Shown one piece after another: positions 1 to 14,402 of a stretch of 64,000 bases of DNA. This stretch comes from Octopus vulgaris. Lineage: Eukaryota. The position numbers and the translations under genes are program-made. The stretch lies in NCBI GenBank assembly GCA_951406725.2, contig OX597820.1:55738001-55802000 (forward strand). Direction: 5' to 3'. Numbering within the stretch: the first letter of the stretch is position 1; the number at the start of each line of letters is the position of its first letter. The notes under the pieces are model-generated. The model searched no databases. It saw only the letters and a list, made by a program, of their open reading frames with translations, and was not told the origin of the DNA.

Positions 1-438
1 CTCCCTCCCCCCTCTCTCTAGCTTAACTGTCTCTAACCCCTTGCAACTATTCACACTGACCAGCTGTGTATCTATATATCCTATACATATATATACAAAT
101 GAAATAAGTAACCAGTTGCTTGAAATCTTCACCAAATGAGTAATTAACTCTTATTGATTTAAAGAAAAGTCAGAGGAAATGGCATATGATGTTGTGACAG
201 TCATGCTGCCTTCACCCATTAGTGGAATCTAACTGGAGCAGAGGAAATGAGGGAGAGAGGAGGGGGCAGATCAAAACCTGATTGTTGAGTTGTCTTGCAG
301 AGGAGTTAGTGGGTGTGTGATATCTTAACTTGTACCCGGGTCTACAGTTTCTAGGTACAGTTTATAAATAAAATCTGCACAGTACTTTTCAGCCCATTCA
401 GCCCATATGTCATATACACCTTTGACACATATACACAT

Positions 439-475
<37 letters not shown>

Positions 476-817
476 CTATTCCTAAATATCTCCCCTCTTA
501 CACTCCAGGTGGGTTGGTATATTACATATGCAGTGGGGTGGGGGACGACTTTTCAGTTATTTTAGAAATGAGTAATGCTGTTTCTTTTAATGTTGTCTTT
601 GCGGATGTCATTGCTTTTGTTACTATTAGTGATGATGTTGTTGTTTGGTTTGTGAGGTGTGGGGATGGAGTCAGCCTTGATCCCCCTTGTAGATTATATG
701 ATCAAAAAAAATATAAAGAAAGGATTTATTTTATCTTATGCTCTACTGGTTCTGCCTATCCCAAGTCTGAGTTAGCTCACTGGCCCATACAGAGTTAGCA
801 TTGTGACACATAGAGAA

Positions 818-866
<49 letters not shown>

Positions 867-923
867 GCACGCATATACACAATCCCCAATAACCTAAACT
901 GGTTACTTATTGAGCCATGAAAA

Positions 924-983
<60 letters not shown>

Positions 984-2101
984 AGAAACTTTGCCAGATC
1001 AGATTGAGCTTGGTGCAGCCTGCAGCTCACCACTCCTCAGTCATACTGTCCACCCAAAGCAGATGTTAAACGTTGATGGTGATTGTAATAATATATATAT
1101 ATATATACATACATACATGTAATGTCAACAAGAAACTATGACATTACAACCAGCCAGAAACAGTCTTTGCTACATTTGCGGTACCAGGATAGGACTACAC
1201 AGCCACAGCAGGAAATGTATCAGGACATGAAATGTAAAAGCTGGACTAGACTATTTTATGCGCAACTCCATTGTCTCCCGAGACAAAAAGGATGCCAACA
1301 ACATAAACATAAAAACATAAATACATATTTATAACATATGAATTGCCAATAATATTTTTGCAAATAGACATGAAGCCTTAAGAAAATAGTTATGTAAGAT
1401 ATTCAAAAATAACATTTTCATAAATAAATATTATGACATTTAATTTATTATGCTAAAATATTTGTAAAGCAACCCCAACAGCAACGACAACATCTCTACC
1501 ATCAGTCAAGGAAGTCTCAATGTGAAACGTTCAGGTTGCTGAAAATAGCTGCTGTTTCAACCCATTTAGCAATCACATTAATCTGTCAAATGTGATGCTT
1601 ATTTATTCCCATTGTTTTAAATTAATCATGCATTATCTTGTAGCTTCAAGATTTTGATGATGTAATTGTTTATTTTTAGAATGACATTGTAGGTTAGGTG
1701 TGAGAGGCTAGATCTGGCCAGTTTGAACATAAAACATGTAAAATATTTGGGCTTGAAGTGGTTGGTTTAAATGCTAAAGGGTTAACTAAGGGAAGGTCAC
1801 ATGAGGTAATGTAGTCCTATATACATTCTGAGTTCGAGTTCTGCTGAGGTTGACTTTGTCTTTTAACCTTATGGAGTTGATGGAATAAGTACTAATCAAG
1901 TTTTGAAGGCATGTGGCTTAATGATTAAGCTGTTAGACTCATGATTGTAAGGTCTGGGGTTGATCCTTGGTCTTGGTGGTGCATTGTCTCCTTGGGCAAG
2001 GCATTTCATTTTCATTTCATATCACTCCAGTCCACTCAGCTGAAAATGAGTTGTATCTGCTGCAGAGTGGTACCTTACAGATTTGCCCCAAATGTTGCAA
2101 T

Positions 2102-2368
2102 TGGGGCTGTGGAATCAGAGTTGGAAACAACTAAGGGGTAGCCAGGGTCAGTAAAACTATACCGACTCTGACTCACAATATCTTTATTCTTTAATATAAA
2201 CCAGTTATAACATATAGGCCTACTCAAAGTACAAGTGTATGCATATGCTTTATTAAATATGTAAACCACAATCACTTAATTGCATAAAGAGGAGTTAGAG
2301 TCAGAGGAGCCAATAGTAGAGGAGTCAGAGTCAGAGTCGAAGTTTTTTGTTTTGACTCCACAGCCCTG
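2102..2368. mobile_element. hAT-type MITE
   Basis: TIRs (tg)gggctgtggaatc / gactccacagccctg; 8-bp TSD GTTGCAAT at 2094-2101 and 2369-2376. Confidence 0.75.
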
Positions 2369-3475
2369 GTTGCAATTCCAAGATATCAACAGCTCTTCAT
2401 GGCTGCTATAACACATTGGATGGATGGATGGATGAATGGATGAACTGTCAGGTGGTCAGGTAATTGGGCTGTTTTTATTGGTTACCTCCAATACCATCAT
2501 TGTTGTTATATATTCAAATCTTGCTCAGATCAACTTTGCCTTTCATCCTTCCAGGGTTAATAAAATAAAGAACCACTCAAGTACTGACATCATTATGGAT
2601 TGTATTGGATTTCCCATGTTCAGTCCACTGCAGGACTAAGGCTTCAGCATGTCCCCTCCACCAGAGACTGGCTTGAGATCATACACATTTGATGAGCCTG
2701 CCCTGTCACACTGGCTCAATCAACATGGCTTGGCAGAGGGGTCCAGTTTTTATACTCTTACCCAAGAGTTGTTAAGTTGATCACATTGACCCCAGTGCTC
2801 TACTGGTTCTGTAATCAACTTATTTCAGCCCTAAAAATGTGTAGACCTTGTGTCTGAGTTAGAAATTATACTCCCATTTAATACTATTCACAATGTAGTC
2901 ACAAGCCCTGAAATTCTAGGGTAAGGCTGTTAGTCGATTACATCAATCCCAGTACTTTACTAGTACTTTATTTACAGCCCAAGTGGAGTGAAAGGTAAAG
3001 TTGGTCTCAGCAGGATTTGAACTCAGAGCATAAAATGCTAGAACAAATACTACAAAGCGTTTTTGACACCCTAACGATTCTGTCAGTTACTGCCATTTGT
3101 TTCTAATTGAGGCACAAGACCAACGATTTTGAAGTAGAGTCTTAATCAAATTTATTCTCCTTTTTACATGACTTTTACTTTATTTTATTAACCTTAGAAA
3201 GATGAACAGCAAAGTTGGCCTTAGCAGGATTTATATTGAAAATATAACTTACATCATGAAGCATTTTGTCTGATATCTACCAATATTTCTCCTCGTGTTA
3301 ACACTTTACCGATACTTTATCTTCTTGACCTACCCCACTCCCTGTAGTTATATTGTTATTTCTTATCACACACACCTTTCACCAGTACCTGACTAATACT
3401 TTATTTGATTAATCCCAGAATGATGAAAGACACATGGTCTTCATCAGTAAGATTTGAATTTATAATGAAAATGAA

Positions 3476-5122
3476 CAGGCATGGCTGTGTGGTAAGAAAC
3501 CTGCTTCCCAACCACATAGTTCCTGGTTCAGTCCCATTGCATAGCACCTTGGGCAAGTGTTTTCTACTAGAGCCTCAGGCCAACCAAAGCCTTGTGAGTG
3601 GATTTGGTAGACAGAAACTGAAAGAAGCCCATCATATATATATATATATTGGTTCATCCCATAAATAAAGCGGTTTTTTTCAATTGCATGAACTAAAAGT
3701 TGGAGAGGGACGGGATAAACTACCTGCATTTACTTTCTATAAGAGCAGATAGTAATTTTACCTTCTACTTATTCTTAGTGCAAGTTCTGAAGAGTGCAGT
3801 TCAATTTTAACAGTTATTTTTTCAAAGCTATAATGGAAGTGACAAAGAAATATATTCAACATATCTTGCTTTATGAATTCAATAAAGACAACAATGCAAC
3901 AAAATGTATGAGGAATATTAATGCAGTATATGGGGATTAGACAATAAGCTTAAGCCAGTGTCAACAGTGGTTCCAGAAATTCCAAGCTGAAAACTACAAC
4001 CAAGACGACGAGCCTCATCCTGGAAGATCTGTAGAGCTCAACGAGGACATCCTGCAAACCTTGGTAGAACAAAAAAATATAGTAATTGTTGAGAAACTTG
4101 CAGAGAAGCTTGGATTTGGTCATTCAACCATTCATCAATGCCTGCATGTCATCAGCAAATTGGGTCAGTGGGTTCCTCACAACCATTCTGAGTCTCATTG
4201 TGCACAGAGAGAGAATGTGTGCACTCTTCTTTGTTGACACGTCTCACAAATGAACCATTTTTTGGACCAAATAGTAACTTATGATGAGAAATGGGTTCTC
4301 CATAAAAACATCAAGTGCTGAAAACAGTGGGTAGGGAAAGGAGAAACATAGGCACCCCAGGTTAAAGATCTTACCCACATAAGGTGTTGTTATCTGTTTG
4401 GTGGGATATGAAAGGTTTAGTGCACTTTGAACTTTTAAACCAAAACCAAAACCAAACGATGACAATAGAGATCTACTGTGAGTAGCTTGAGTGGCTAAAC
4501 TCAGCACTAGAAAATGATCCTCTTGGGTTTCAAGATGAAAGGTGTTCTTCCATTAAGATAATGTTTGGCCACATACAGCGAGGATGACATTCTAAAGGCT
4601 GAAGCAGTTCGAATGGTAAATGATGCCCCACCCATCATATTCGCCAGACATTACCCTGTCTGATTATCATTTATTCTGCAGTCTTCAAAATTATTTGGAC
4701 AGAAAAAATATGAATTCTGTAGACGTAGTCAGAACAATACTGGAGGAGTATTTTTCATCACGGACAAGAAAATTTTGGAAGAGAGGCCTTGCAAGTCTAC
4801 CAGATAGAAAGAAGAGCATTGTAGAAAATGAGGGAGAGTGTATTTTAGATTAAAAACAGAACTTTGTTTGCCTTAATTTTGAAAAATAAAAGAAGTATAA
4901 AAAAAACGCTTTATTTATGGGATGACCCAATGTGTGTGTGTGTCTGTGTTTGTCCCCCATCTCCACTTGACAACTGGTGTTGGTGTGTTTACATCCCCAT
5001 AACTTAGCAGTTCAACAAAAGCGATGGATAGAATAAGTACTGGGGTTGATTTCTTCAACTAAAACTCTTTAAGGTGGTGCTCCAGCATGGCCGCAGTCAA
5101 ATGACTGAAGCAAGTAACAGAA
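3476..5122 (+). mobile_element. SINE family A copy split by the mariner
   Basis: Head 3476-3635 and body/tail 4932-5122 match the intact copy at 11775-12180. Confidence 0.8.
3649..4930 (+). mobile_element. Full-length decayed mariner transposon (transposase pseudogene 3833-4853)
   Basis: TIRs ttgg(t/g)tcatcccataaataaagcg at both ends; MEVTKKYIQHILLYEF start, WVPH, VTYDEKWV, YSPDITLSDYHLF; has stops and frameshifts; inserted in the (TA)n of a SINE. Confidence 0.93.
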
Positions 5123-5759
5123 TGGACGTACTAGCAATAATAAATAAATAAATGAATATTTTGATTTTCAATATTTTAGTTCCCTATGATGAAACGATAA
5201 GAAGTTATGAGTTGATAGGTATAAATAACTTCACAGAAACCTTTGTGCTTTTACACATAGCTTGACATTTTAGTAAATACAGGAAGTACAGCATAGCATA
5301 GTGGTCTCTGTACAAGATAACAGCATATTAGGAGTGAGAGTGATGGGGGGGGGGGGGCACGGGGACTGGCTGTAAAGAAACTTATTGACATGGTATTGAG
5401 AGAGAGGGGAATATATTAAAGAGCTAAGAAACATAATAACAATGTTTCCTTTATTATAATGCTATCATTAAAATGTCTCTCTTGCAAGACTTCCTTAAAA
5501 AAATATGTCCATTAAGTTTGTTTATTTAATTTCTACCATCATAACATTCCAACTGTTCCAAACTGTACCTGATGATCCATTCAAATGGGTTGATTGATAT
5601 ATGCTTAAACAAAATGTGGTTTGTTTAATTTTTATGGGCTAAGACTGACGTCAGATCTTTAAGTTTGTTCCCATATTTTATCCCTCATGCAAGTTTTTTT
5701 CCAAGTAGACATTTTGAAGTTCTATTCTGCAGGCATTAGCATTGAAATAATAACAATAA

Positions 5760-6350
5760 TAATGGTTTCAAATTTTGGCAATTTTTATGGGAGAGAATAA
5801 GCTGATTACACTGTCTTTAGTGCTCAACTGGTACTTATTTAATCAACCCCAAAATGATGAAAGGCAAAATTGACCTCAGCAGAATTTGAACTCAGAACCT
5901 AAAGAATCAGAAGGAATGCTGCATTGCATTTTATTCAACTTGCTAATGATTCTGTCAGCTCACTGTTTTAATGATGATGTTGATAATCCTTTCTACTAGA
6001 GGCACAAGGCCTGAAATTTTTGTGGGAGGGGATTAGTTGGATTACACTGGTACTTAATTTACCCACCCAGAAAAGATGGAAGGCAAAGGTGATGATGATG
6101 ATGGTGATAATAACAATTATTATTTCTTTCTACTATGGGCACAAGACCAGAAATTTTAGGGGAGGGTACTAGTTAATTATCTCAATCTCTGTGCTTGACA
6201 GCTACTTATTTTATTGACCCTGAAATGATGAAAAGCAAGTCCAACCTTGGTGGTATCTTGAGCTCAGGTTGAAAAGCCAGAAGAAATGTCACTAAGCATT
6301 TTATCTGGTGTGCTAACAATTCTGCACACTCACCACCCTCAAATAATAAC
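5760..6350 (-). repeat. Cluster of SINE family B copies separated by (TAA)n/(TGA)n
   Basis: Repeated ggcacaaggcctgaaattt...actggtacttatt...gaatttgaactcag units. Confidence 0.75.
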
Positions 6351-6559
6351 AATAATAATAACAACCAGTGTTACTATATTTTACACCAGTGTCACTTTGA
6401 TGGCATGCACTACTCTCTCACTCAATAATAATATTTTACCCCAGTGTCACTCTGATGGCATGCACTGCTCTCTCACTCAATAATAATAATAATTATTATT
6501 ATTATTATTATTACTTTTACTAGCCATAGGGGTGTTGATGTATGGAACATCACAAGGAC

Positions 6560-7490
6560 AGACAACAACTTGCGTGTAGATTTACATTATAGGATGGGGA
6601 GAAGGAAATGCAAAAGACAATGAAATGCAATAAAAGTATACAAAATATGTGAACAACATAAATAATTCTGTCCTCCTGATACAGAAAAAAATTCCAGCTA
6701 GAGCCAATCAAGGAGCCTCACAGGTCCAGGATTACCCTGACCACCAAAGGCACAAGCCCTCCCTCATATTCTCCAATCTTCAGGCATGTACTTACAATAG
6801 GGTCATTCACTAGGAGGTTACATTTCCTTCTCCAGCGTCACTTAGCTTTCCAAGTGGAACTTAAAAAAGTTGATGAGAGCTTGACCAAAGAGGGAGGCGT
6901 CTTTCCTCAATCCTTTCAGCCTTGTCCACCACATAACCTCTTTCACCATAACTACTAAACTGAGGAACACTGCTTGCCCTGCCTTGTTAAAGATAGGTGG
7001 TGGGCAACCCTTATGATGGATTGAGACAATAGTTGAATTCATCCCACACATGTTAACAGCAAATTGGCAATATTCAGACACTGCACAAGTGCATGCAGAA
7101 CAGTTTCATCACTCTGTGTGCATCTTGGACAGTCCTGCTTGTCAGCACTTCCATGCCTGTAGAGTTTATCTCAAACTGGCAGTGTTCCTTGGTAGCACTG
7201 CCGTGCCAAGAATTTCTGGAAGTTATCTATGGTAGTACCAGGTCCAAATGTCCTCTGAAACAGACCAGTGAGTTCATCCTTGTCAGCACCTAAAGTTTCC
7301 CTAAGAATGTCATTGTTCTTACTCATCACTATATTTCTGTATATTGATATTACAGAACTTCCACTGACCATATTGCTCAACTTGTAGAGGGCAGTGAGCA
7401 CCTGGTGACATTCCAGATGCCAACAGATATTCACCATATCTTGGAATATGGTGATTCCTAATATTGGACAAAGGTACACGTCTTGGTTGG
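6560..7490 (-). mobile_element. Tx1/L1-clade LINE 3' fragment; related pieces about 23200-23560 (+), 24920-25680 (+), 61375-61650 (-)
   Basis: C-terminal zinc motif DCPRCTQSDETVLHALVQC; shared DNFQK and LINFFKFHL strings among copies. Confidence 0.7.
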
Positions 7491-7954
7491 AGGTTTATGT
7501 TTAACACTTTAACATTGAAACTGGCCAAATCTGGCCCCAAATTTTATACCTCTTTTATGTTCAAACTGGCCAAATCTGACCCCAAATTTTATACCAGTTT
7601 TATGTTCAAACTGGCCAAATCTGGCCTCTCACCTATATCTATCAATGTCATTCAAAACGTAAGCAATCACATCGTTGATATATCAAAACTACAAAGGTAA
7701 TGCATGATTAATTGAAATCAATATGAATGAGTATGTATTACATTTGACGAAGTAATCTGAACTTTAAAGGGTTATATTACTCAGACTTAAGTATTTTCCT
7801 GGTACAATTATTTTAATGTCTTAATGTCTCTCAAAGAAAGAAAGGTTAAACTGACATCAACCGGGTTTGCACTGAGACTAAATAGACACAACTGAATATT
7901 TCTACTTTACTGTGTCTGCTAATTCGTCACTTTATAAATAGTAATGATGATAAT

Positions 7955-8765
7955 GTTAATCCTTTCTGCTATAGGTACAAGGCCTGAAATTTTGTGGGGA
8001 GGGATAAATTGATTACATTAATCCCTGTACTCAACTAGTACTTATTTCATAGACCCTGAAAGAATGAAGGGCAAAGTCAACATTGATGGAATTTGAACTC
8101 AGTGTAAAGATGGGTGAAATGCCTATTTCTTTACTGCCCCACACAGAGGGGACAAACAAGGACAGACAAACGAATTAAGTCGATTATATCGACCCCAGTG
8201 CGTAACTGGTACTTAATTTATTGATCCCGAAAGGATGAAAGTCAAAGTCGACCTCAGTGGAATTTGAACTCGGAACGTAACGGCAGACGAAATACCTGTT
8301 TCTTTACTACCCACAAGGGGCTAAACACAGAGAGGACAAACAAGGACAGACAAACAGATTAAGTCGATTACATCAACCCCGGTGCATAACTGGTACTTAA
8401 TTTATCGACCTCGTCGGAATTTGAACTCAGAACGTAACGGCAGACAAAATACCACTAAGAATTTTGCCCAGCATGCTAACGTTTCTGCCAGCTCGATGGG
8501 TGAAATGCCACAAAGCATTTTTTCCAGCATGCCAACACTGCCGTAATTATAATGACAATAATAATAATCTTTCAAATTTTAGTTCAAGTCTTGCAATTTG
8601 GTGGTGGTGGTGGTGGGGTGAAGAAGTTTTAGTTGAATAAATCAACCCCAATCCTCAACTGGTACTTATTTCATCAACCGCAAAAAGGATGGAAGGCAGA
8701 GCTGATCTCAGTAGGATTTGAACTCAGACTGTAAAGAGCTGAAAGAAATACTCTTAAGCAGTTTG
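7955..8765 (-). repeat. Cluster of nested and tandem SINE family B copies
   Basis: Repeated gtcgacctc...ggaatttgaactcagaacgtaacggcagac units. Confidence 0.75.
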
Positions 8766-10104
8766 CCCTCCTGTGACGAACACAACAGTGATTAGCATAT
8801 TCACATTCAAAGTTAGTGGAAAGAAATATGCAAGTCATTTTCATTTATACACAAATATATGCGCACGTACGCACATTATGTATATACTTTTATATATATA
8901 CAGACACACACACACGAACACACATCATACATATACCATGTGCATATATACATACACATATTAGAATTCGGTTGAAAAAACATATACATGAAAGTTGCTC
9001 AAAGTAGTAGTGGTGTGAATCATCAGTTTTAAATGAATGTCTGTGAGGGTGGTTGTGTGTGTGTGTGTGTGTGTGTGTGAGAGTGTGTGTGCGTGTGTAT
9101 GCGTGTGAGAGAGAGTGAGAGTGTGTGTGTGTGAGAGAGTGTCTGTGTGTGTGTGAGAGAGAGAGAGAGTATGTGTGTGTGAAAGAGAGAGAGTGTGTCT
9201 CCGTGTGTGAGAGAGAGAGAGACAGAGAGTGTGTGCATGTATGCATCTGTGTGAAATGTAGGAGAAACAGGTGAGGTGGCTGAAACAAACTTGGAATGGT
9301 GTTTGGTGCTGTGCATTGAATGACCTGGAATATATATGGAGCAAATGGATTTCATGCCAGAATAACAAAGGCAGGCTGTGTGTTTCGGAAGCTCATTTTG
9401 GAATCATGTAGTCTTTGGTTCAGTCCCATTATGCAGCACCTTAGGAAAGTGTCTTCTGTTAATAGCCCTGGGCCAGTCAATACCTTATGAAAGAATTAAG
9501 ATGGAAGCCGTAAGGAAGCTCATCTTGTGTGTGGTGCGTTTGTCCCCACCACTGTTTGACAACTGATGTTGGCTCGTTTGTGTTCCTGTACATTAGCAGT
9601 TCAGCAAAACAGATCAATAGAAAAAGTACAGGACTTAAAAGTAAGTACAATGCTTTCCATTGGGTAGAGCATATTGTGGGTCTGTGGCTAAATCCACTAT
9701 GTCCTACCTGGAGGGCATTAAGCTTAGGATGGTTAACTGAGCAGTGATTTGTGAGCTATAGAATGAAGCACTGACTGCATCGTCATCATCGTCATGGTAG
9801 AGAAAGTGAAAGAAAGATAAGAAGTGAGAGCAAAGTAATGTTGCATGGTTTGAGTGCTGGCATCTGATACTGGTTTGCTATGATGGCTGTATTAATAATA
9901 GAATGAAAAAGCATGCTACAGTATTGGCCAGAAGAATTTGAACATCCCTCAGTAGCATCAGTGGGATGAGATATATATATATATAGTCAGAAGATGCCAA
10001 AATTGTTGTGGCTTCCTGTCTAGAGAAGATGAAAGAAATGTTCTGCAGTGAAAGCTATTTGTGAAACAACAACAACAACAATAATAATATTAATAATGAT
10101 GATG

Positions 10105-10408
10105 AAGCACCATCCGAACATGGCCGATGCCAGCGCCGCCTTGACTGGCTTCCGTGCCGGTGGCATGTAAAAAGCACCAACCGATCGTGGCCATTGCCAG
10201 CCTACCTTGGCTCCTGTGCCGGTGGCACGTACAAAGCACCCACTACACTCATGGAGTAGTTGACGTTAGTAAGGGCATCCAGCTGTAGAAACACTGCCAG
10301 ATAAGACTGGAGCCTGGTGCAGCCGCCTGGCTTCTCAGACCCCGGTCGAACCATCCAACCCATGCTAGCATGGAAAACGGACGTTAAACAATGATGATGA
10401 TGATGATT
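10105..10408 (+). mobile_element. RTE-type 3' UTR fragment with (GAT)n tail; others about 19155-19355, 22765-22990, 40870-41115, 47700-47835, 53890-54080 (-), 54375-54860, 59735-60195
   Basis: About 60-bp units gtggccgatgccag...gtgccggtggcatgtaaaaagcacc then cccatgctagcatggaaa...gttaaa(tga)n; the first unit appears at the end of the LINE near 45108. Confidence 0.7.
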
Positions 10409-10419
10409 ATCATCATTAT

Positions 10420-10629
10420 TATTTCAAATTTTGACAGAAGGCCAGCAATTTTGGGGGTATTGGCTAAGTTAATTACTTTGGCTCCAGTACTTAATTGGTA
10501 CTTAATTTATTGACCCAGAAAGGATAAGCAAAATTGCCCCTAGCAGAATTTGAACTGAGAGCATGAAGACAGACAAAGTGCCGCCAAGCATTTTGCTTGG
10601 CATACTAATGATTTGCCAGCATGCTGCCT

Positions 10630-10660
<31 letters not shown>

Positions 10661-11480
10661 GTAATAATAATAATGGTTTCAAATTTTTCTAAAAGGGTGG
10701 AAAGTTTGGGGAGGGGATGAGTTGATTACATTGACCCCAGTGTTCAACTGGTACTTATTGTATTGACCCTGACAGGATGAAAGGCAAAGTCGATGTCGGT
10801 AGAATTTGAACTCAGAACATAAAGACGTATGAAATGCCATTAGGCATTTTGCCTGGTGTGCTAACAATTCTGCCATCTCGCTGCCTTAGTAAATAATAAC
10901 AATAGTTTCCTGTAGAGCTTCTACTGAAAGTTTGCTTCTAAGGGATAGGAAAGATTACCAAGAGGGTTTTAAGCACTTGAAAAACTATTGAAAGCTTGTG
11001 GGTAACCTTAGTTGCCCAACATAAATCCTACAAGGAATAAGAACAAACCTGAGTCAAATCAATAGTAATGTAATAATCCTTTCCACTATAGGTACAAGGC
11101 CTGAAATTGTCAGGGAGAGAGTTAATCAATTGTATCAGTCCCAGTGCTTAACTGGTACTTATTTTATCAATCTTGAAAAGATGAAAAGCAAAGTCGACCT
11201 TGGTGGAATTTGAACTCAGAACATAAGGTTGGACAGCATGCTAATGATTCTGCAAGCTTTTCACCTTCATAATCCTTTCAAATTTTGGCACAGGCCAGGA
11301 ATTTTGGGTGGAGGGCAGATTAGTCATTAACCCCAGTACTTGACTGGTACTTATTTCGCTGACCTTGAAAGGATGAAAGCAAAGTCATCCTCAATGGAAT
11401 TTGAACTCAGAATATAGAGACAGACAAAATACCACTAAGCATTTTGCCTGGTGTACTAACAATTCTGCCAGCTCACTGAC
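10420..11480 (-). repeat. Head-to-tail SINE family B cluster
   Basis: Four same-orientation copies. Confidence 0.75.
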
Positions 11481-11674
11481 TTGATAATAATATATTGTTT
11501 TCATCATTGTCTCCATGCTGGGTTGGTTTGCTTGGGTCATCACAATCCAAGTCTGTTCTTACTGTCTTTTAGACAGCTCAGGTATCATATCTCACTCATA
11601 TGTATGTTCCATAAATGTGTCTTTATTTATTTATATTATTTATATCAGTTGATATTTACTGACACGCACACACA

Positions 11675-11712
<38 letters not shown>

Positions 11713-11774
11713 TTAACACATGCACACACAGAATATACATATCATGATAAAAAGTTTTTTTTTAAATGAACATA

Positions 11775-12180
11775 GGTGCAGGAGTGGCTGTGTGGTAAGT
11801 AGCTTGCTTACTAACCACATGGTTCCGGGTTCAGTCCCACTGCGTGGCACCTTGGGCAAGTGTCTTCTACTATAGCCTCAGGCCAACCAAAGCCTTGTGA
11901 GTGGATATGGTTGGCAGAAACTGAAAGAAGCCCATTGTATATATGTATATATATATGTATGTATGTGTATATGTTTGTGTGTCTGTGTTTGTCCCCCAAC
12001 ATCGCTTGACAACCGATGCTGGTGTGTTTACGTCCCCGTAACTTAGTGGTTCGGCAAAAGAGACTGATAGAACAAGTACTAGGCTTACAAAGAATAAGTC
12101 CTGGGGTCAATTTGCTCAACTAAAGGCGGTGCTCCAGCATGGCCACAGTCAAATGACTGAAACAAGTAAAAGTAAAAAGA
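11775..12180 (+). mobile_element. tRNA-derived SINE family A, full length (head GGCGCAGGAGTGGCTGTGTGGTAAG, internal (TA)/(TG) microsatellite, GTAAAAGA tail)
   Basis: A-box and B-box-like head (TGGCTGTGTGG, GGTTCAGTCC), CORE-like CCTTGGGCAAGT; many near-identical copies in the window; resembles octopus OR-type SINEs (recalled). Confidence 0.85.
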
Positions 12181-12969
12181 GCATAATTCTAGATTTTTGT
12201 TTCTATGTGATTTATTGTAAAGTACAATTTAGGCAAGTAGTAACAGCTTCAGCTTTGAAAAAGACATTTAGGCCATCATTTTAACACGCTCTTTAAATAA
12301 GAAGGATTCCTATTAACTAAAGTTTTTACCATTTAATAAACTGTTTGGTAAAATAGTCTGACACAAAATATTCTGGCAATTAATCTTTTGAAATCCTTAA
12401 TTTGGAAATAACAACCTTTTTGACAAGTATATTATAACTTGCAGCTTCACTTCTTTTGCTATTAGGAGTGAAATGTCAATGTTTGCCAGTTCTAGCGGAA
12501 GAAGAAGGTTATGTAAATAACACCCATATTATATTAGGAAAAAGTTAGTTGTTGCATAGAAATCTCGTAAGTTCCTCAATTGACATAAAATTTAAATCTG
12601 GCTATCCTACTATAAATTAAAACTAACTTCTTAATTTGATTTTTAAATGTTTCTACTTTATTTCATGTTTGTATTGTTGGTTTTTAAGTTTTATTTTCAT
12701 AAATAGGATGAAATTTATACAGCTGGGTTTTTTTTGCCTTTTATTTTTTTATCATTTTATAAAAGTGGCATGCATTTAAATAAAAGGAAAAGAAAACAGG
12801 GTACAAGCATGACTGTGTGGTTAAGAAGTTTGCTTTGTAACATCTGTTTTCCCTGTGCAAATCAATTCTATTATAGCCTTGGGTTAATTAAGGATGAAAG
12901 GCAAAATGAATCGCAACAGAATATGAACTCATGTCATAAGGAGCTAGTGGAAATGTTGCTGCCTTATAT

Positions 12970-13188
12970 TACTGGTTTCAAATTCTAGCACAAAGCCAGT
13001 AATTTCAGGGGAGGAGTTAAGTTGATTACATCGATCCCAGTGTTCCACTGATACTAATTTTATCAATCCTGAAAGGATGAAAGGCAAAGCTGATCTCAGT
13101 GGAATTTGAACTCAGAACATAAAGACAAACAAATTGTTGCTAAGCATTTCGCCCAGCATGCTAACAATTTTGCCAGCTCACCACCTTC

Positions 13189-13223
<35 letters not shown>

Positions 13224-14365
13224 CCTTTCTATTAAAGGCACAAGGTCTGAAACTTTGGGGAAGGAGACTTGTTGATTACATCAACCCCGGTATGAAAATG
13301 GACATTGAATGATGATGATGATGAATAATCTTTTCTATTATAGGCACAAAGCTGAAAATTCTAGTGGTGATGTGGGGCAGTCAGCCTCAGTGTTCCACAG
13401 GCACTTGTTTTATGAGCCTCGAAAAATTGAGAGGCAAAGTCAACATCAGCAGATGTTGAACTCAGGACATGGGTTGGAACAAATACCACAAAGCATTTTT
13501 CTGACATCCTAACAACTCTGCTAGTTTGCCCCCTTAACAATGCTCTCTACTATAGGCACAAGGCCCGAAATTTTCGGTGAGGGAGATAGTTGATTACATC
13601 GACTCCAGTACTCAACTGGTACTTATTTTATTGACCCTGAAAGGATGAAAGGCAACATCAACCCCAGCAAAATTTGAACTCAGAATCTAAGGAGAGACGA
13701 AATGCTGCTAAGCAGTTTACCCAGTGCCATCTTACCACCTTAACCCTTTTGTTACCAAACCCAGCTGAAACTGGCTCTGGCTCTGTAGTACAAATGTCTT
13801 GTTTTCATGAATTTTGAATTAAAATCTTCCACCAAACCTTAGTCACAGTTTATGTTCCTAACACTAGCTGAATGATAACTAAGTTATTTTACTAAATTCT
13901 TTGTTATATTTGAAGTAATTGAAAGAAACACAGAGCATCTCAAAATAAATACAGTAACGAAAGTATTAATAATGATAATAACGATAATTCTTTGTTGTAG
14001 TCACAAAGCCTGAAATTTTGTGGAAGGGAACCAGTCAATTACATTGATACCAGAACTTAACTGGTACTTATTTTATCGACCTTGAAAGGTTGAAAGACAA
14101 TATCAGCCTCAGTGGAATTTGAACTCAGAACATAAAGATGAATAAAATGCTATTAAGTATTTTGTATGGTGTGCTAACAATTCTATCAGCTTGCCACCTT
14201 AATAATGGTTTCAGATTTTAGCACAAGGCTAGTAATTTCAGAGGAGGGAGTAAGTCTACTATTCCTACCCCAGTATTCAACTGGTACTTATTTTATCGAC
14301 CCTAAAAGGATAAAAGGCAAAGTTGACCTCAGCAGAATTTGAACTCAGAACATAAAGACAGACTA
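12970..14365 (-). repeat. Head-to-tail SINE family B cluster containing a TTAA-flanked MITE (about 13740-13970)
   Basis: Five or six same-orientation copies; ttaacccttttgttacc ... gtaacgaaagtattaa ends. Confidence 0.7.
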
Positions 14366-14402
14366 ACTGTTTTAACAGTTTTCTCTTCAAAATTATTCAT
14401 GT

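Noticed and set aside
1122-1334. Upstream exon for the putative minus-strand gene at 212-685
   Set aside because: All three minus frames contain stops and no phase-compatible donor was found.
8890-9368. HT/LS-rich ORFs of 108-135 aa (also 35429-35950)
   Set aside because: (CA)n/(GA)n low-complexity sequence with no splice or domain support.
11775-11850. tRNA-like heads of SINEs as tRNA genes
   Set aside because: No full cloverleaf; they continue into SINE bodies and are multi-copy.
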